Shown here: piece after piece, positions 1 to 13,575 of the stretch
How positions within the stretch are numbered: position 1 is the stretch's first letter
Layout: every line of letters begins with the position of its first letter
Assembly (NCBI GenBank): GCA_951406725.2
Contig: OX597820.1
Location: forward strand, 24,056,001 to 24,120,000
Direction: 5' to 3'
DNA from: Octopus vulgaris
Lineage: Eukaryota
Length of the DNA: 64,000 bases
Position numbers and translations under genes: made by a program
The notes under the pieces: generated by a model
The model's database searches: none
What the model saw: the letters and a program-made list of their open reading frames with translations, nothing else
What the model was told of the DNA's origin: nothing

Positions 1-415
1 TTACAGCCTCAGTTTCTAACTCCGCCAACGAACGCTGGCCGTGTCTGTATAAATTATTATTGTTTGAGTGGTTGAATATTTACTTGTGATTTGCCACCCA
101 TTGTTCAGTTCAAGAGTTCATTTATTTCTTGTAGTAGCACGTCGATAGTGTGATTGAAATTCGTACCTTTATGACCTCGTGTAAATAGCTTTAGACAAAC
201 TGTCATATCAATTTCTCTCGGCTATCCTATTTTTTTGTTTCATTTTTATTTGCCTCCCTGTTCTTTGCACTCGCCATTTTCATGCTCGAGAAGACAGACA
301 GTTTTGCATTTTTGGTCGCGATTGTATTAGTACTGGTAGAGAATCCTAATAAATTATATCAAAAATCTATTTTGTGTAATCTTTATAATTTCATGTCCGG
401 GTTATGGTAGCTGCG

Positions 416-662
<247 letters not shown>

Positions 663-666
663 ACCG

Positions 667-1255
667 AGGCGGCGAGCTGGGAGAATCGTTAGCACGGCGG
701 AAGAAATGCTAAGCGGTGCTTCGTCTGCCGCTACGTTCTGAGTTCAAATTCCGCCGAGGTCGACTTTGCCTTTCATCCTTTCGGGGTCGATAAATTAAGT
801 ACCCATTATGCACTGGGGTCGATATAATCGACTTAACCCGTTTGTCTATCCTTGTTTGTCCCCTCTGTGTGTAGCCCCTTGTTGGCAGTGAAGAAATAAG
901 AATCGTCAGTAGGCCGGGCAAAATGCTTAGTGGCATTTCGTCCGTCTTTATGTTCTGGGTTCAAATTCCGCCAAAGTCAACTTTGCCTTTGATCCTTTCG
1001 GGGTCGATAAAATAAGTACTAGTTGAGCACTGGGGTCGATGTAATCGACTTACTCCCTCCACCTAAATGTCAGGCCTTGTGCCTTTAGTAGAAAGGATTA
1101 TTATTATTAAGGCGGCAAGCTGGCTGAATCGTCAGCATGCCGGGCAAAATGCTTTACGGTCTGAGTTCAAATACCGTTGAGATCGTCTTTGCCTTTCATT
1201 TTTTTGGGGGGTCAATAAAATAAGAACCGAACAAGTACTGGGGTCGATGTAATTG
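667..1255 (+). mobile_element. Cluster of three copies/fragments of tRNA-headed SINE family A
   Basis: Head GGCGGCGAGCTGGCAGAATCGTTAG, B-box-like GAGTTCAAATTCC, core GACTTTGCCTTTCATCCTTTCGGGGTCGATAAA(A/T)TAAGTACC and an (ATT)n tail. The same sequence recurs many times across the window. The core resembles the Meta-domain/Sauria-SINE type (from memory, unverified). Confidence 0.9.
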
Positions 1256-1680
1256 TTAACCACTATATCTAGCTTTCGATAATTAATTTTATGTTCACAT
1301 TGGATCATTACGCCCCACAGTAACGTTACTTTACCAAGTCATTCTCGAATACTCCTTCTGGGGTTTTACACACTACATTTTTTCTCTTTCCAATCCATAC
1401 TTGCCACACATTTTTCTAGGAGACACTTAACCAAGGTGTCACGCAGTGGGTCTGAACCCAGAACCATATGTTTGGGAAGCAAGCTTCTTACCAGATAGCC
1501 ACGTCTGCGTCTATGTAAAAAGTATAAGACTGTCATGGTTGGAATCCAGAATACCTTCGATTATAGATTTTCTCGATTATAGTTGGAATGGAATCATTCC
1601 AACTAATCTTGGTGAAGTGTCGTGTTAGTAACTTAAAAGAAATCAAGACTTTTCTATTTTTACTAGTATCAGGTAAAGCA

Positions 1681-1722
1681 GAGAAAGGGAGAAAGAGAGA
1701 GAGAGAAAGAGAGAGAGAGAGA

Positions 1723-1802
<80 letters not shown>

Positions 1803-1845
1803 ATGAATGAGAGGGAAAGAGAGTAAAAGAGAGATACAGAGAGAA
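1681..1845. repeat. (GA)n-rich microsatellite
   Basis: Directly visible. Confidence 0.95.
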
Positions 1846-1869
1846 TCAATATAAGTAGTTCAGGAAGAG

Positions 1870-3630
1870 TGCGTCTCCCAGTGGATTATTCTGGAGACAT
1901 TATTGTATCTTCATTTGTATACATTGGACCAGCTTCCCGCATTCATTCCAATATAGCATGCAGTGTCACCTTTATCACCGCAATCCTTTCACTTCTCTGT
2001 ACTGTCTATCCTGTACTGTCTGCTGTACTGTCGATCCTGTATTTGGTATAATTTGTCCCAAGTGTTTGTTCCTGCTCAGCAGATAAGCGATTCTCTCTTT
2101 GGCTTCAAGTCACTCTTCCTTTGTCAGTGCCGCCTTCTACGGGCGTCTGAATTTCGATTCAAAACTGTCTCTACGTAAGTTTTCTATTCCGTTTTCTTTC
2201 GTCTTCACTCTTTTTTTTTCTTTCTAATCCTTTGTCTCCTCATAAGTGTCTATCCTGACTATACCAGGTATTTTCATCTGCATCAGCAAAGGCTCTATGA
2301 TACTCTTTATACACCACCCCAATTTATTTTCTTCTGAGCATATACAACTTTCACAACTGGTTTTCCCTCAGCCATTTTTGTGCCTGGTTAGGTACAGCCT
2401 ATCAAGGAGTCGAATGCATCGTGCGTTGTGAATAGTCTTCTCGATCTTTGGTCCAGCCTCTGTAACACCTCTTTCTTTTAATTGGTAATACTTTTACCAT
2501 ACCTCAATAATGCAAACACCCATGTATTGGTTGCTTGAAACTTATTTCTTCCATTCAGTTTTGACAGCAGCATCAATCTAAGTCTTCGGAAGTAACCTCT
2601 GTAATCCATCATTTAATTCGCCTCCAATATGTACAGGTATTTACAGCCACTAATATCAATTCTTTTCATGACTTCCCCGATGGCAATTCCACACCAATTC
2701 TATTGCCTTCACCTCTCATCAGGATTATTAGTAAACGTTTTTTCCTTGGCCAGATTCCATTTTGATGTCCTTGTTAAAACAATGAACTATCTTCGCTAAA
2801 GAAACTGACGTAAGCTTCTTCCTTCCCGTACGGCTTGAGGTCATATGTAAATATTAGATAGTTGATCTTTTTCTGTCTTCCTTTAAAATCATATCTAGAT
2901 GTTACTTTTCTCAATAGCAATGTTAAAGGAATTATGCATAAAACATATAAAGGAGACACGCTGTCCCTCTGAAAGATTCCTATCTTGATTCTTAATATTC
3001 CTTGATTCTGTCCTTATGACGTGGGCTCAGTGTTCCTTCTTCCCATGCTTTTTCTAAAGGAACCATTCATGACATTCTTTGCAATCCCAAATATATTCAA
3101 GCATTCAATGATCCATTAACTTGGTATCATGTCATAGGCCTTGCGTTAATCTATCCAGGTCATTGCTAAATTTGTCTTCCTTCGCTTACTGTCTTTCATC
3201 ACCATTTTATCTATGAGCAACTGATCTTTAGTTCCCTTGCAATTCCGTTTACAACCCTTTTGTCTAACAAGTAGAATTCCATTATCATCATGGAATGTAT
3301 ATATTCCATCAGCGATTATTCCAGTGAGTAACTTTCACATCAGTGGAAGGCATGTTATGGGTTTGTAATTATGCACAGAATTTTCCTTTCTGAAGCATCC
3401 GTCAAACACACAAACGGTTCGCCCAGTAGTTGCCCAATCAAGAATCTTTTCAGTCCCGTTGATCAGTGCATTAAGCTGTTCCGCTATTCTTTTATGGCAT
3501 TCTGTCAGTTTCTTTATCCAATAACCTGAACGCCATCTGGTCAAGCTACTTTCCAATTACCCATCTTCCTACTTGCTAGTTACACATTCTCTTTTCCAAT
3601 GCCAATTTATTTCTGCTGTGATTTTAAAAT
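1870..3630 (-). mobile_element. Decayed R4/Dong-type non-LTR retrotransposon (RT to zinc-knuckle region), frameshifted
   Basis: Minus-strand peptides WATTGRTV..NYKPITCLPLM (3335-3556) and SPL..LCIIPLTLLLRK..INYLIFTYDLKPYGK (decayed MDDLKLYGK, 2774-2959). Towards 1870, fragments RKSDLKP..EQTLGTNYTKYRID..NNVSRIIHW are colinear with the better copy at 28978-30560. Confidence 0.85.
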
Positions 3631-3647
3631 TATTATTGTTGTTGTTG

Positions 3648-3706
<59 letters not shown>

Positions 3707-3919
3707 GGCAGCGAGCTGGCAGAATCGTTAACACTCCGGGCGAAATGTTTAGCGGTATTTCGTCTGCTGCTACGTTCTGAGCTCAAATTCTGCCGAGGTC
3801 GACTTTGTCTTTCATCCTTTCGGGGGTTGTTAAAATTAGTACTAGTTACGCATTGGGGTCGATGTAATCGACTTAATCCCTTCCCCCTAATTTCAGGCCT
3901 TGTGTTTCCAGTAGAAAGG

Positions 3920-3976
<57 letters not shown>

Positions 3977-4200
3977 TTGGCAGAATCGTTAACACTCCGG
4001 GCGAAATGTTTAGCGGTATTTCGTCTGCTGCTACGTTCTGAGCTCAAATTCTGCCGAGGTCGACTTTGTCTTTCATCCTTTCGGGGTTGTTAAAATTAGT
4101 ACTAGTTACGCATTGGGGTCGATGTAATCGACTTAATCCCTTCCCCTAATTTCAGGCCTTGTGTTTCCAGTGAAAGGGTTATTATTATTATTATTATTAT
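3707..4200 (+). mobile_element. Two near-identical tandem copies of SINE family A with (ATT)n tails
   Basis: 3718-3920 and 3979-4180 are nearly base-identical, including unusual variants (GAGCTCAAATTCTGCC, GGGGGTTGTTAAAATTAG). Confidence 0.9.
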
Positions 4201-4204
4201 TATT

Positions 4205-4436
4205 TTTGTTTGACTTTTGCTTTATATTTGTACAAGTTGGCTCCAAGTCTCACGCAGAGACCTCAAGAGACAACAGGTTGGAAGTTCCTGTTATGCCTAG
4301 CGTGCCATATATTTGTTTTTTTCTAGTGTTGTACTAGTGAATGTCTAAAAAAAAACATACGAAAATTATGTTTGTTTTAAAACTTGAGATTACATAGAAA
4401 GTATTTTGCGTAGGATATGAGCAGTTCCCATGAGCA

Positions 4437-4437
<1 letters not shown>
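4205..4437 (-). mobile_element. Short 3'-terminal fragment of the R4/Dong LINE family seen at 28.8-30.6 kb
   Basis: Near identity with 28792-29022 (TTTGACTTTTGCTTTATATTTGTAC...AAACTTGAGATTACATAGAAAGTATTTTGCGTAGGATATGAGCA); (ATT)n on both sides. Confidence 0.88.
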
Positions 4438-4504
<67 letters not shown>

Positions 4505-4509
4505 TTATT

Positions 4510-4735
4510 AAAGCAGCCAGCACTGGTAAAATCTTTAGCGAGTCAGACAAAATGTTAAACGGCATTTCTATCAGCCCTTTACATTCTGGATTCAAATTCC
4601 GCCGTGGTCGACTTTGCCTTTCATCCTTTCAGAACCGATGAAAGAAATAGCAGTTACGTACTGGGGCCGATGTAATCGACTTACCACCTCCCTTCAAATT
4701 TCAGTCCTTGTGCCTATAGTAGAAAGAATTATTAT
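4510..4735 (+). mobile_element. SINE family A, diverged
   Basis: TTCAAATTCCGCCGTGGTCGACTTTGCCTTTCATCCTTTC core and tail. Confidence 0.8.
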
Positions 4736-4752
4736 TATCATCATCATTATCA

Positions 4753-4784
<32 letters not shown>

Positions 4785-4821
4785 CTCCTCCTCCTCCTCC
4801 TCCTCCTCCTCCTCCTCCTCC

Positions 4822-4879
<58 letters not shown>

Positions 4880-4884
4880 TATTG

Positions 4885-5745
4885 TATTATTTCTCAGAGC
4901 GCTCGGTCTTCTTTGCTCTGGTAGATTCTTTGAGAGCGGACAGAAGCCTGCTATCAGAGGTCTCATAGGGTCACCTTTCGCACATTATAAGCTTTGATAC
5001 TTGGTTGTTAATTATCGTGGGGGACATTCAACATCCAAGCAGCAGTCTCAAAATCTTCGCTGACCCCAGCAAAGCAGTTTTTTGTGCTTTCTCTGCTCTC
5101 GTGTAATTTCCAATTTCTTTGACATATTTCTCGAACCTGACTGTTAGTGCTCCGATTGCCCCTACAACTACTGGAATGACAGACACTCTCCTCATAGTCC
5201 ATATTCTTGCACTTTCGTCTTTTAGTAGTCTGTACTTTTAAATCTTTTCTAGTTCTTTGTCATGCGTGCATCCCTAATGATTGCAATATCTATAATATCG
5301 ATTTCCTTTTTTCCTTTATCTACCACAACAATATCTAGTCTCCGAGCGTCGATTAGGGAGTCACAATGGATTGTAAAATCCCACAGTCTCTTATATTCCT
5401 TGTTCTCGGTGATTCCTTTTGGCTCACGTTTGTACCATTTCCGTGCTCTGTCCAGACCGTACTTTTCACATAGCCTCCAGTGGGCGAACTTAGCTATGTT
5501 ACAGTGTTTCCTTTTGTAGTGCTTTTGGGCCAGCTTGCTACACTCACTCACAATATGTGAAATTGTTTCTTTTTTGCTTCTACACATCCTACAAAGGGAC
5601 GATTCGCTGCTCTTATCTATTTGGAACTTGGTGTAATTAGCTCTCAGAGCTTTTCCTGGGCACTGCATGACAATGCCTCAACGCATCCTTTCAGATCACT
5701 TTTTCTTAGCCATCTCCAAGTGTATCAACAAAATCAAAGGAAATT
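4885..5745 (-). mobile_element. R4/Dong-type LINE 3' part: CCHC knuckle, restriction-like endonuclease and 3' UTR (pseudogenised)
   Basis: ORF 5249-5668 reads CRMCRSKKETISHIVSEC..KH..LWDFTIHCDSLIDARRLDIVVVDK..IIDIAI (CCHC plus RH and PD..D motifs); it ends in a simple-repeat tail. Confidence 0.88.
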
Positions 5746-5799
5746 ACATTCTTCTTCTTCTTCTTCTTCTTCTTCTTCTTCTTCTTCTTCTTCTTCTTC

Positions 5800-6340
5800 T
5801 ACGTTTATGGTTCAAATCCCGCCGAGGTCGACTTTGCCTCTCATCCTTTCGATAAATTAAGTAGCAGTTGCGTACTAATTGACTGGCCCTCTCCCACAAA
5901 ATTTCAGCCCTTTTGCCTATAGCAGAAAGGATTATTATTATTATTATTAGTAGTAGTAAGGCGGTGAGCTGGCAGAAACGTTAGCACGCCGGGCGAACTG
6001 CTTAGCGGTATTTCGTCTGTCGTTACGTTCTCAGTTCAAATTCCGCCGAGGTCGACCTTTGCCTTTCATCCTTTCGGGGGTCGATAAATTAAGTACCAGT
6101 TACGCACGCACTGGGGTTGATATAATCGACTTAATCCGTTTGTCTCTCCTTGTTTGTCGACTCTATGTTTAGCCTCTTGTGGGTAGTAAAGAAATAGGTA
6201 TTTTGCTCATCGATGCGTTCTGAGTTCAAATTTCGCTGACGTCGACTTCGCTTTTCATCCTTTTGGGATCGATAAACTAAGCACCAGGGAAACACTGTGG
6301 TCGATGTAATAATTGCTGCCCTTGTGGCAAAATTTGAAGC

Positions 6341-6345
<5 letters not shown>
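5800..6345 (+). mobile_element. SINE family A cluster (partial, full-length, partial)
   Basis: Full head-to-tail copy at about 5958-6200, with flanking fragments sharing the core. Confidence 0.88.
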
Positions 6346-6379
<34 letters not shown>

Positions 6380-7069
6380 CTTCTTTTACATTAAAAAAAC
6401 GGGCCAAATGAAATATGCTGGACTGCTGATCAAATCAACCGAACATCCATTCTCCCCAAGAATTGTGACCGAAGGCTATAATAGAAATCATTATTCTTTA
6501 AAACAGTGCTACTGTCCGTTCTTACGATGTAACTAACCATATTACTTGATCCATGCACACAGCCGCTCCTTCTTCCACCACATCTATAAACACACATCAT
6601 TATCTCATCTTCGACATCCATTTCCGTTTTCATAACGAATGGTCTAAAATTTCTTTCAAAGAAATTTTCTGTATTCAAAACTAGTCAATCCACTTTGGTC
6701 GTTGTTCATTTAATGAAGCTGGCGACCACGGTAAGATCATCAGCTTCATTAGATTTAATATTGCATCATCTGGTTAAATCATCATTAATTTGTGAAATGC
6801 ATGTCTTTCGTAAGACTGCATCAAAGCGATGAAGCTTTGCAACATTAATTTTGAATAGCCAATGGTATATTTGTTCATGCCAAACTTTGTCCAATCAAAA
6901 TCAATGTCTTTTCGTGCGTAGGCGATGAATTAGCAGAATTGAAAAAGCGTCGATCGGAATGCTTCCTTGCATTTTTCGGAGTTTCGGTCTTCTGAGTTCA
7001 ATTTCAGCTGACGTCAGCTAAATAATTGTTACTTTTTTTTTCTAACCTTTTGGGGGTAGATTAAAGTAT

Positions 7070-7305
7070 ATCTATTTCTTTACTACCCACAAGGGGCTAA
7101 ACACAGAGAGGACAATCAAGGACAGACAAAGGGATTAAGTCGATTACATCGACCCCAGTGTGTAACTGGTACTTAATTTATCGACCCCGAAAGGATGAAA
7201 GGCAAAGTCGACCTCGGTGGAATTTGAACTCCGAACGTAACGGCAGACGAAATACTGCTAAGCATTTCGCCCGGCGTGCTAATGTTTCTACCAGGTCGTC
7301 GCCTT
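7070..7305 (-). mobile_element. SINE family A, full-length
   Basis: Reverse complement of the family A sequence. Confidence 0.88.
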
Positions 7306-7424
7306 CCGGGGTTGATTAAAGTATATCAAGCCAAAGCGGTGGATTGGCGGAACTGGAAAGACGTCGAAGTGGATGTCTTTCTGTATTTGTTCCGGCGTTT
7401 GTGTTCTGAGTTTAAATCCCGCCA

Positions 7425-7676
7425 TAGCTGGAAGACGAGCTGTTGCTCATGCATACCAGCCTCCCCTCTTCATGCCTCTGATGTTATCCAAGGGAAAGGC
7501 AAAGGCCGATAGAACTTGGCACCAGTGACATCGCAACTCATTTCTACAGCTGAGTGAACTGAAGCAACGTGAAATAAAGTGTCTTGCTCAAGAAAACAAC
7601 ACAGCCCGGTCCGGGAATCGAACTTACTACTTCATGATTGTGAGTCTGACGCCCTAACCACTGATCCAAGCGCCTA
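7425..7676 (-). mobile_element. tRNA-headed SINE family D
   Basis: Minus strand reads AGGCGCTTGGATCAGTGGTTAGGG..GTTCGATTCCCGG (A/B boxes), then TTGAGCAAGACACTTTATTTCACGTTGCTTCAGTTCACTCAGCTG, shared with 37700-37817 and 51520-51660. Confidence 0.8.
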
Positions 7677-8183
7677 AGGACAGCTACCTTATAGCATTTA
7701 ATTGTCACTTTTCCCGCTCTAATTTGAAACCGCATTATTGTGAGCCCGGCACTCTAACCACTGAGCCTGGCGCCTTCATTATTAGATAAAAATTTATAAT
7801 TACATTCTCGAATTACCAATAATAACTTCCGATAGTAACACATTGCATTCTTCTTAGCTATCAAATCTGAATAGTTTACGCTTGATGCAGTTTCTGATAA
7901 ACTTGCGCAATTTCTCCATTTAATTAAGCCGTAGGTAAAAATACACGTCAGTTATGAAGAATTGAAAAGAAATTCAGGCATGTAATTAATTGTACGTTTA
8001 AGTTTTTATATATGTCATTAGTGTATTTTCCTCAAATTTTGCTTCTTTCTATTTAAAAATTCTCTTCAGCCAAAATTAGGCAATCGAAGTTTGATAAACC
8101 ATTTCCAGCAAACAACGGGGAAGGAAGGGAAGAAAATGTACGTATTATGCATAATACATGTTAATATTATGCGAATACATGTA

Positions 8184-8489
8184 AGGTGGCGAGCTTGGTA
8201 GAAAATTCACTGCTTCAGGCAGAATGCTTAGCGGCATTTCGCCCGTCTTTACGTTCTGAGTACTGGGGCCGATGTCATCGACTTACTCCCTCCTCTGAAA
8301 TTGCTGGCCTTGTGCCAAAATTTCAAAGCAAACCCCGGCGGAATTTGAACTCAGAGGTCGACTTTGCCTTTTCGGGGTCGATAAATTAAGTACCAGTTAC
8401 GCACTGGAGTCGATGTAATCGACTTAATCCGTTTGTCTGTCCTTGTTTGTCCCCTCTGTGTTTAGCCCCTTGTGGGTAGTAAAGAAATA

Positions 8490-8490
<1 letters not shown>
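8184..8490 (+). mobile_element. SINE family A, rearranged fragments with (ATT)n tail
   Basis: Family A head, core and tail pieces. Confidence 0.8.
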
Positions 8491-8550
<60 letters not shown>

Positions 8551-8969
8551 TATTGTCTTTGCGCAGCTTCTAACGCTGGAGATCCGCCGCTTTCCATTGG
8601 TCGGTCCGGAAGGGTAGGCAATTTTCCTCTGTCTGATAGCAGTAGCGAAAGAGGTTGTATGGTGGACCAGGTTGGAAAGACTGAGGACTAACTTTTCTCT
8701 TCGGCCAATCCCTCATCAACTTTTTCAAATTTCACTTGGAAAGGAAGATGAGAGTTGAGAGAGAAGTGCTGCCTGCCAGTATCATCTGATAAAAGGTGGG
8801 TGAATGTAGCGAAAATGGCCCGTGTGAGTGGACCTACTCTAATAATACACCTGAAGGTTAGTGAATTTGAGAGGCAGAAGGGTGTCCTTCCCGGATGCCC
8901 TCGAAGCATCGAGTGGTTCAGGATTGGTCGGGTATCTGAGCAAACTCCAAGTGGTTACGCGCCCTCTAT

Positions 8970-9407
8970 TATTTTATTCTTTTACTTGTTTCAGTCATTT
9001 GACTGCGGCCATGCTGGAACACCGCCTTTAGTAAGCCTAGTACTTATTCTATCGGTCTCTTTTGAGAACACCGCCTTTGTAACCTAGTACTTATTCTATC
9101 GGTCTCTTTTGCCGAACCACTAAGTTACGGGGACGTAAACACACCAGCATCGGTTGTCAAGCGATGTTGTGTGGGGGGAAAACAGACACACAAACATATA
9201 CACACGCACACACACATATATACATATATATACATATATACGACATGCTTCTTTCAGTTTCCGTCTAATCAAATCCACTCACAAAGCTTTGGTCGACCCG
9301 AGGCTATAGCAGAAGTCACTTTCCCAAGGTGCCACGCAGTGGGACTGAACCCGGAACCATGTGGTTGGTAAGCAAACTACTTACCACACAGTCACTCCTA
9401 CGCCTAT
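8970..9407 (-). mobile_element. tRNA-headed SINE family B (CORE-like, internal TA/TG microsatellite)
   Basis: Minus strand reads GGCGTAGGAGTGACTGTGTGGTAAG..GGTTCAGTCCC..GGCACCTTGGGAAAGTG (resembles CORE GTGACCTTGGGCAAGT) and ends AAATGACTGAAACAAGTAAAAGAA; about ten copies in the window. Confidence 0.88.
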
Positions 9408-10026
9408 TCTATATATAGATATTACAAATTACAATCTTAATCTATTATGTGACGGTATTATACAAGAAATGTAGGCTTTCAAAATAAAACCGAGAAACTA
9501 AGCAATTCTATATAAAACACCCACGCATACACACACTACAATCGATCTTACTCTTCATTCTTCGACGTCATACAATTCAGACACAATATTTTAACTCTTT
9601 CACGCACACACACAGAAACCATCATTAGGAGAGACGAGAAAGTACTCAACGCTTTCTTGGTTTTCAATAAGTACAGATATCAAAAGAAATAACACAATAG
9701 ACCTCTCACGAAACTCTTTTCACGCCATAAACATATTCACACCAACACGCACATACAGGCCTCACCAAGCCAAATGCAGACATCGCCTTCTGCTTCATAC
9801 ACCTAGCTAAACCAACCACTTACCTGTGATAACTAGGTGTCCTTCAAACTTTTCGGATCTTCTACGAATTAGCGTCACAGTGCACACACCAATGAAGAAA
9901 GCAAACTCCATTACAAGCTTCAAAAAGAACACAAAGGAACAATTATAATAAGAAACAGAATCAAGATTTTTCAGAATTCAATAATAGTCAATCATACGCA
10001 TAAATACTGCAGTATATACATAATTG

Positions 10027-10335
10027 TGGAGGCGCACTGGCCCAGTGGTTAGGGCAGCGGACTCGCGGTCGGAGGATCGCGGTTTCGATTCCCAGACCGG
10101 GCGTTGTGTGTGTTTATTGAGCGAAAACACCTAAAAGCTCCACGAGGCTCCGGCAGGGGATGGTGGTGACCCCTGTCGTACTCTTTCGCCACAACTTTCT
10201 CTCACTCTCTCTTCCTGTTTCTTGAGTAATGCTGCGATGGACTGGCGTCCCGTCCAGCTGGAGGAGGGGGAACACATACGTCACAGAAACCGGGAAACCG
10301 GGCTCAGGAGCCTGGCTAGGCTTGAAAAGGGCGAC
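10027..10335 (+). mobile_element. tRNA-headed SINE family C with V-domain-like segment
   Basis: A box TGGCCCAGTGG, B box GTTTCGATTCC, then GCTGCGATGGACTGGCGTCCCGTCCAG (V-SINE-like); reverse copy at 55402-55707. Confidence 0.85.
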
Positions 10336-10657
10336 GTTTATCGTATCGTTATATACATAATTATAGACGCTGTGAAAAATACATTACAAAGCAAGAAAAA
10401 AATTACAACCGTAATTATATACAAGAAATAAACAATCTCATAAAAATCGGACGTAATTTCGGACACAATTAATCAAGAACACCTATAATCAAGAAAGGAA
10501 AAAAAAAAGACCATAGACAAAATCCTTCAGAAAAATGGCCGACCTTTGCAGCCAAAGTATGGTACTAAGAAACAATTACGCATTATACTGAATAAATTGC
10601 AGTATTAAAAGCGCACGAATGATCCTACCACATCTCATTTCAGTATAATATTTTCAA

Positions 10658-11575
10658 AAGGCGGCGAACTGGCAGAAACGTTAGAACGCCGGGCGAAATG
10701 TCCAGCGGATTTTCGTCTGCCGCTTCGTTCTGCGTAACTGGAACTTAATTTATCGACCCCGAAAGGATGAAAGGCAAAGTCGACCTCGGTGGAATTTGAA
10801 CTCAGAACGTAACGGCAGACGAAATACGGTTACGCATTTCGCCTGGCGTGCTAACGATTCTGCCAGCTCACCTCAGTCCATAAATATATTGATTTCAAAT
10901 TTTAGCACAAAGCCGAAAATCTTGTGGGAGGGGCTAGGTCGATTACATCGACCCCAGTACTAACTGCTACTTATTTTATAGATCCCGAACGGTAAAGTCG
11001 ACCTCAGCAGAATTTGAACTCAGAATGCTAAGACGGGCGAAATGTCACAAAACATTTTGCCCGGCATGCTAACGAATCTACCTGCTCATCGCCTTATGAA
11101 CAATGATAATAATAATCCTTACTACTATAGACACAAGGCCTGCAATTTTGGGGAAGGGGTCTAGTCGATTACATCGACCCCAGTGCGTAACTGGTACTTA
11201 TTTTATCGACACCGAAAGGAGGATGAACGGCAAAGTCTACCTCGGCTGAACGGCAAAGTCTAACCCAGAACGTAAGGACAGCCGAAATTCTACTAAGCAT
11301 TTTGCTCGTAGTGCTAACGATTCTACCAGCACGTCGCCTTATGAACAATGATAATAATAAAGTGGATAAAAAGGTCACGTAAGCACACCGGGCAAATTAC
11401 TTAGCTGTATTTCGTCTTCACGTTTTGAGTTCAAATTCCGCCGCGGTCGACTTTACTTTTCATCCTTTCGGGCTCGATAAATTAAGTGCTAGTTGCGTAG
11501 TGGGGTCGATCTAATCGACTGGCCCCCTCTCCAGAAATTTCCGTTCTTGTGCCGAGAGTAGAAAAGAATAATAAA
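10658..11575. mobile_element. Cluster of SINE family A copies in both orientations
   Basis: Repeated family A head, core and tail on both strands. Confidence 0.85.
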
Positions 11576-12412
11576 GCAGGTAAAGCTATGCTAGTTCTTT
11601 CTTCTAGAAACTATAGATTCCATATAAATTAATTGAATGTTAAGTGAACTGGAGAGCGTATTTAGGAAAACCAGGAAATTACTAACTGAATAACGAATCC
11701 ATCATCCCAAGGTAACTTAGATAGCGTACACATATCACTCAAAAATTAAGAGGCTTAATGCAAATAGAAAATGTCTACAAAGCGAGTACAGTGAGTTCAA
11801 AAAAGTACTTAAAGAGAGAAAAGTTAGATTGATTATAAGGGATAAGAATTAATAGACAAATAATAACGGAACGTAAGAAAATATGATTAATTGAAGAAGA
11901 AAAGAAAACCATAACTTTTAGCCTCTATTTTAGGAAAAAAAAAAAAATAAACGTCGCAAAGAGAAAATGATTTAGATGAGGATAAAATAATGGGAAAAAA
12001 TAAAACAAAAAGTCGGAGAGAAAATGTAAAAATGGACACACACGCACGCAAACAAACACACATATATATTGATATACATGTGTATACACACACACGCACA
12101 CACACACATATATACATGTTTGTATGTATATGTTAGGAAAACAAAAACTCCTGTAAAACAAAAACAGCACAACAAAGTCCGCGCGAAGAAATAATCCACT
12201 GTAAAAGTCAACAATAGTTTAAAAGATCACCAGCTGCATAAGGTCGATGTCTGGCTACTAAGAACTCTAAGAATATAATTAAATGCTAAGGTCAAGCGCA
12301 AACTATGCAGTCAACATCAATAAACATTTGAACGTTCTCATTTCTAACTGCAACTTGTTATGTTAACTTCAGGTCAGTCTTGCTGAAGTAGACCTAGGGT
12401 TATATACGAGCC

Positions 12413-12478
<66 letters not shown>

Positions 12479-13237
12479 TACGTATTATTTTCAGACTTGG
12501 GCATATTCTATCGATCTCTTTTGCTGAATCGTTAAGTTACGACGACGTAAACCAACACTGTTTGCCCAGCGATGTGTGTGTGTTCAAACATGCATACATA
12601 CATACATACATACATACATATACACACACATATACATACATACACGCACACACACACAAACACATTTATATGTATAAATAGACAGGAAAGATTGTCGGAA
12701 GGGGCTTGAGTAGTTGAAGGACTAATAGAAGCTTGAGAATATTTAAGGTTACAAGTAGTAACCCGCTACTCACATAATTTCTACAAGGAATAAGAACAAA
12801 CCTGAGCCAAATCAAGATAACAACAACAACAATAATAATAATCCTTCCTACTGGAAGCACAAGGCCTCAAATTTTTTGAGACGGGATTATATCGATTACA
12901 TCGACCCCAGTACGTAACTGGTACTAATTCTATCGATCTCGAAAGAATGAAAAGCAAAGTCGACCCCGGTGGAATTTGATCTTAAAACGTAAAGACATGA
13001 ATACAACTATCTAGTTATCAGATATAGAAATACATCAAACACAAGATGGCCAAGTTACTGAACCAATCACTAACTCTGCCATTTCTATATAGAATCATTC
13101 ATAAGCAGTCCGTCTCATTTGTGTGTAGCACTTCTAGACATTACTGCAAACACTATTCTAAAATACTAAACCTGAAACACAGTCCGCACGCAAAATACTC
13201 CTCATCGCACATTCATTCAAAAGTAGCAACGTAGGCA

Positions 13238-13425
13238 TACGACGGGATGCTGAAAAGTTCCTGGCCTTAAGAAGCCAAACTTTCCAAGTTCTTTTACAGA
13301 GTTTAGAAAAACTGAAGGCCCGCTGTAATAAGTGTGTGAATCTGAGAGGGGAATGTGTTGAATAAAGTCATAACTGATCCTCCTGTATTTTATTTTACCC
13401 AAAGCCAGGAACTTTTCAGCACTTT

Positions 13426-13462
<37 letters not shown>

Positions 13463-13575
13463 ATGTGTGTGTGTGTACATGAGCGGGTGCTGAAAAACTG
13501 AAGGACCACTGCAATAAGTGTGTGAATCTGTGAATAAAATCGTAATTAACTGATCGTCCTGTATTTTCTTTTCTA
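13238..13575 (+). mobile_element. Mariner-derived MITE plus partial second copy
   Basis: TIR pair GCTGAAAAGTTCCTGGC / GCCAGGAACTTTTCAGC; interior translates LEKLKARCNKCVNLRGECVE*, a mariner C-terminus. Confidence 0.75.

Noticed and set aside
3599-4093. ORFs with the recurring [19 protein letters not shown] peptide
   Set aside because: Translation of SINE A, not a gene.
1870-5745. One permuted LINE with the endonuclease upstream of the RT
   Set aside because: The 1870-3630 copy has its own post-RT region overlapping that of 4885-5745, so they are independent insertions.
6710-6751. Small hairpin containing a reverse CTGATGA
   Set aside because: No GAAA or stem III; short and imperfect.
10027-10100. 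Possible tRNA gene
   Set aside because: Acceptor stem does not close and the sequence continues into a repeated SINE body; the same applies to the other tRNA-like heads.
9440-10650. Possible very old Penelope RT/endonuclease relic
   Set aside because: Only vague peptide resemblance; no motif I can defend.
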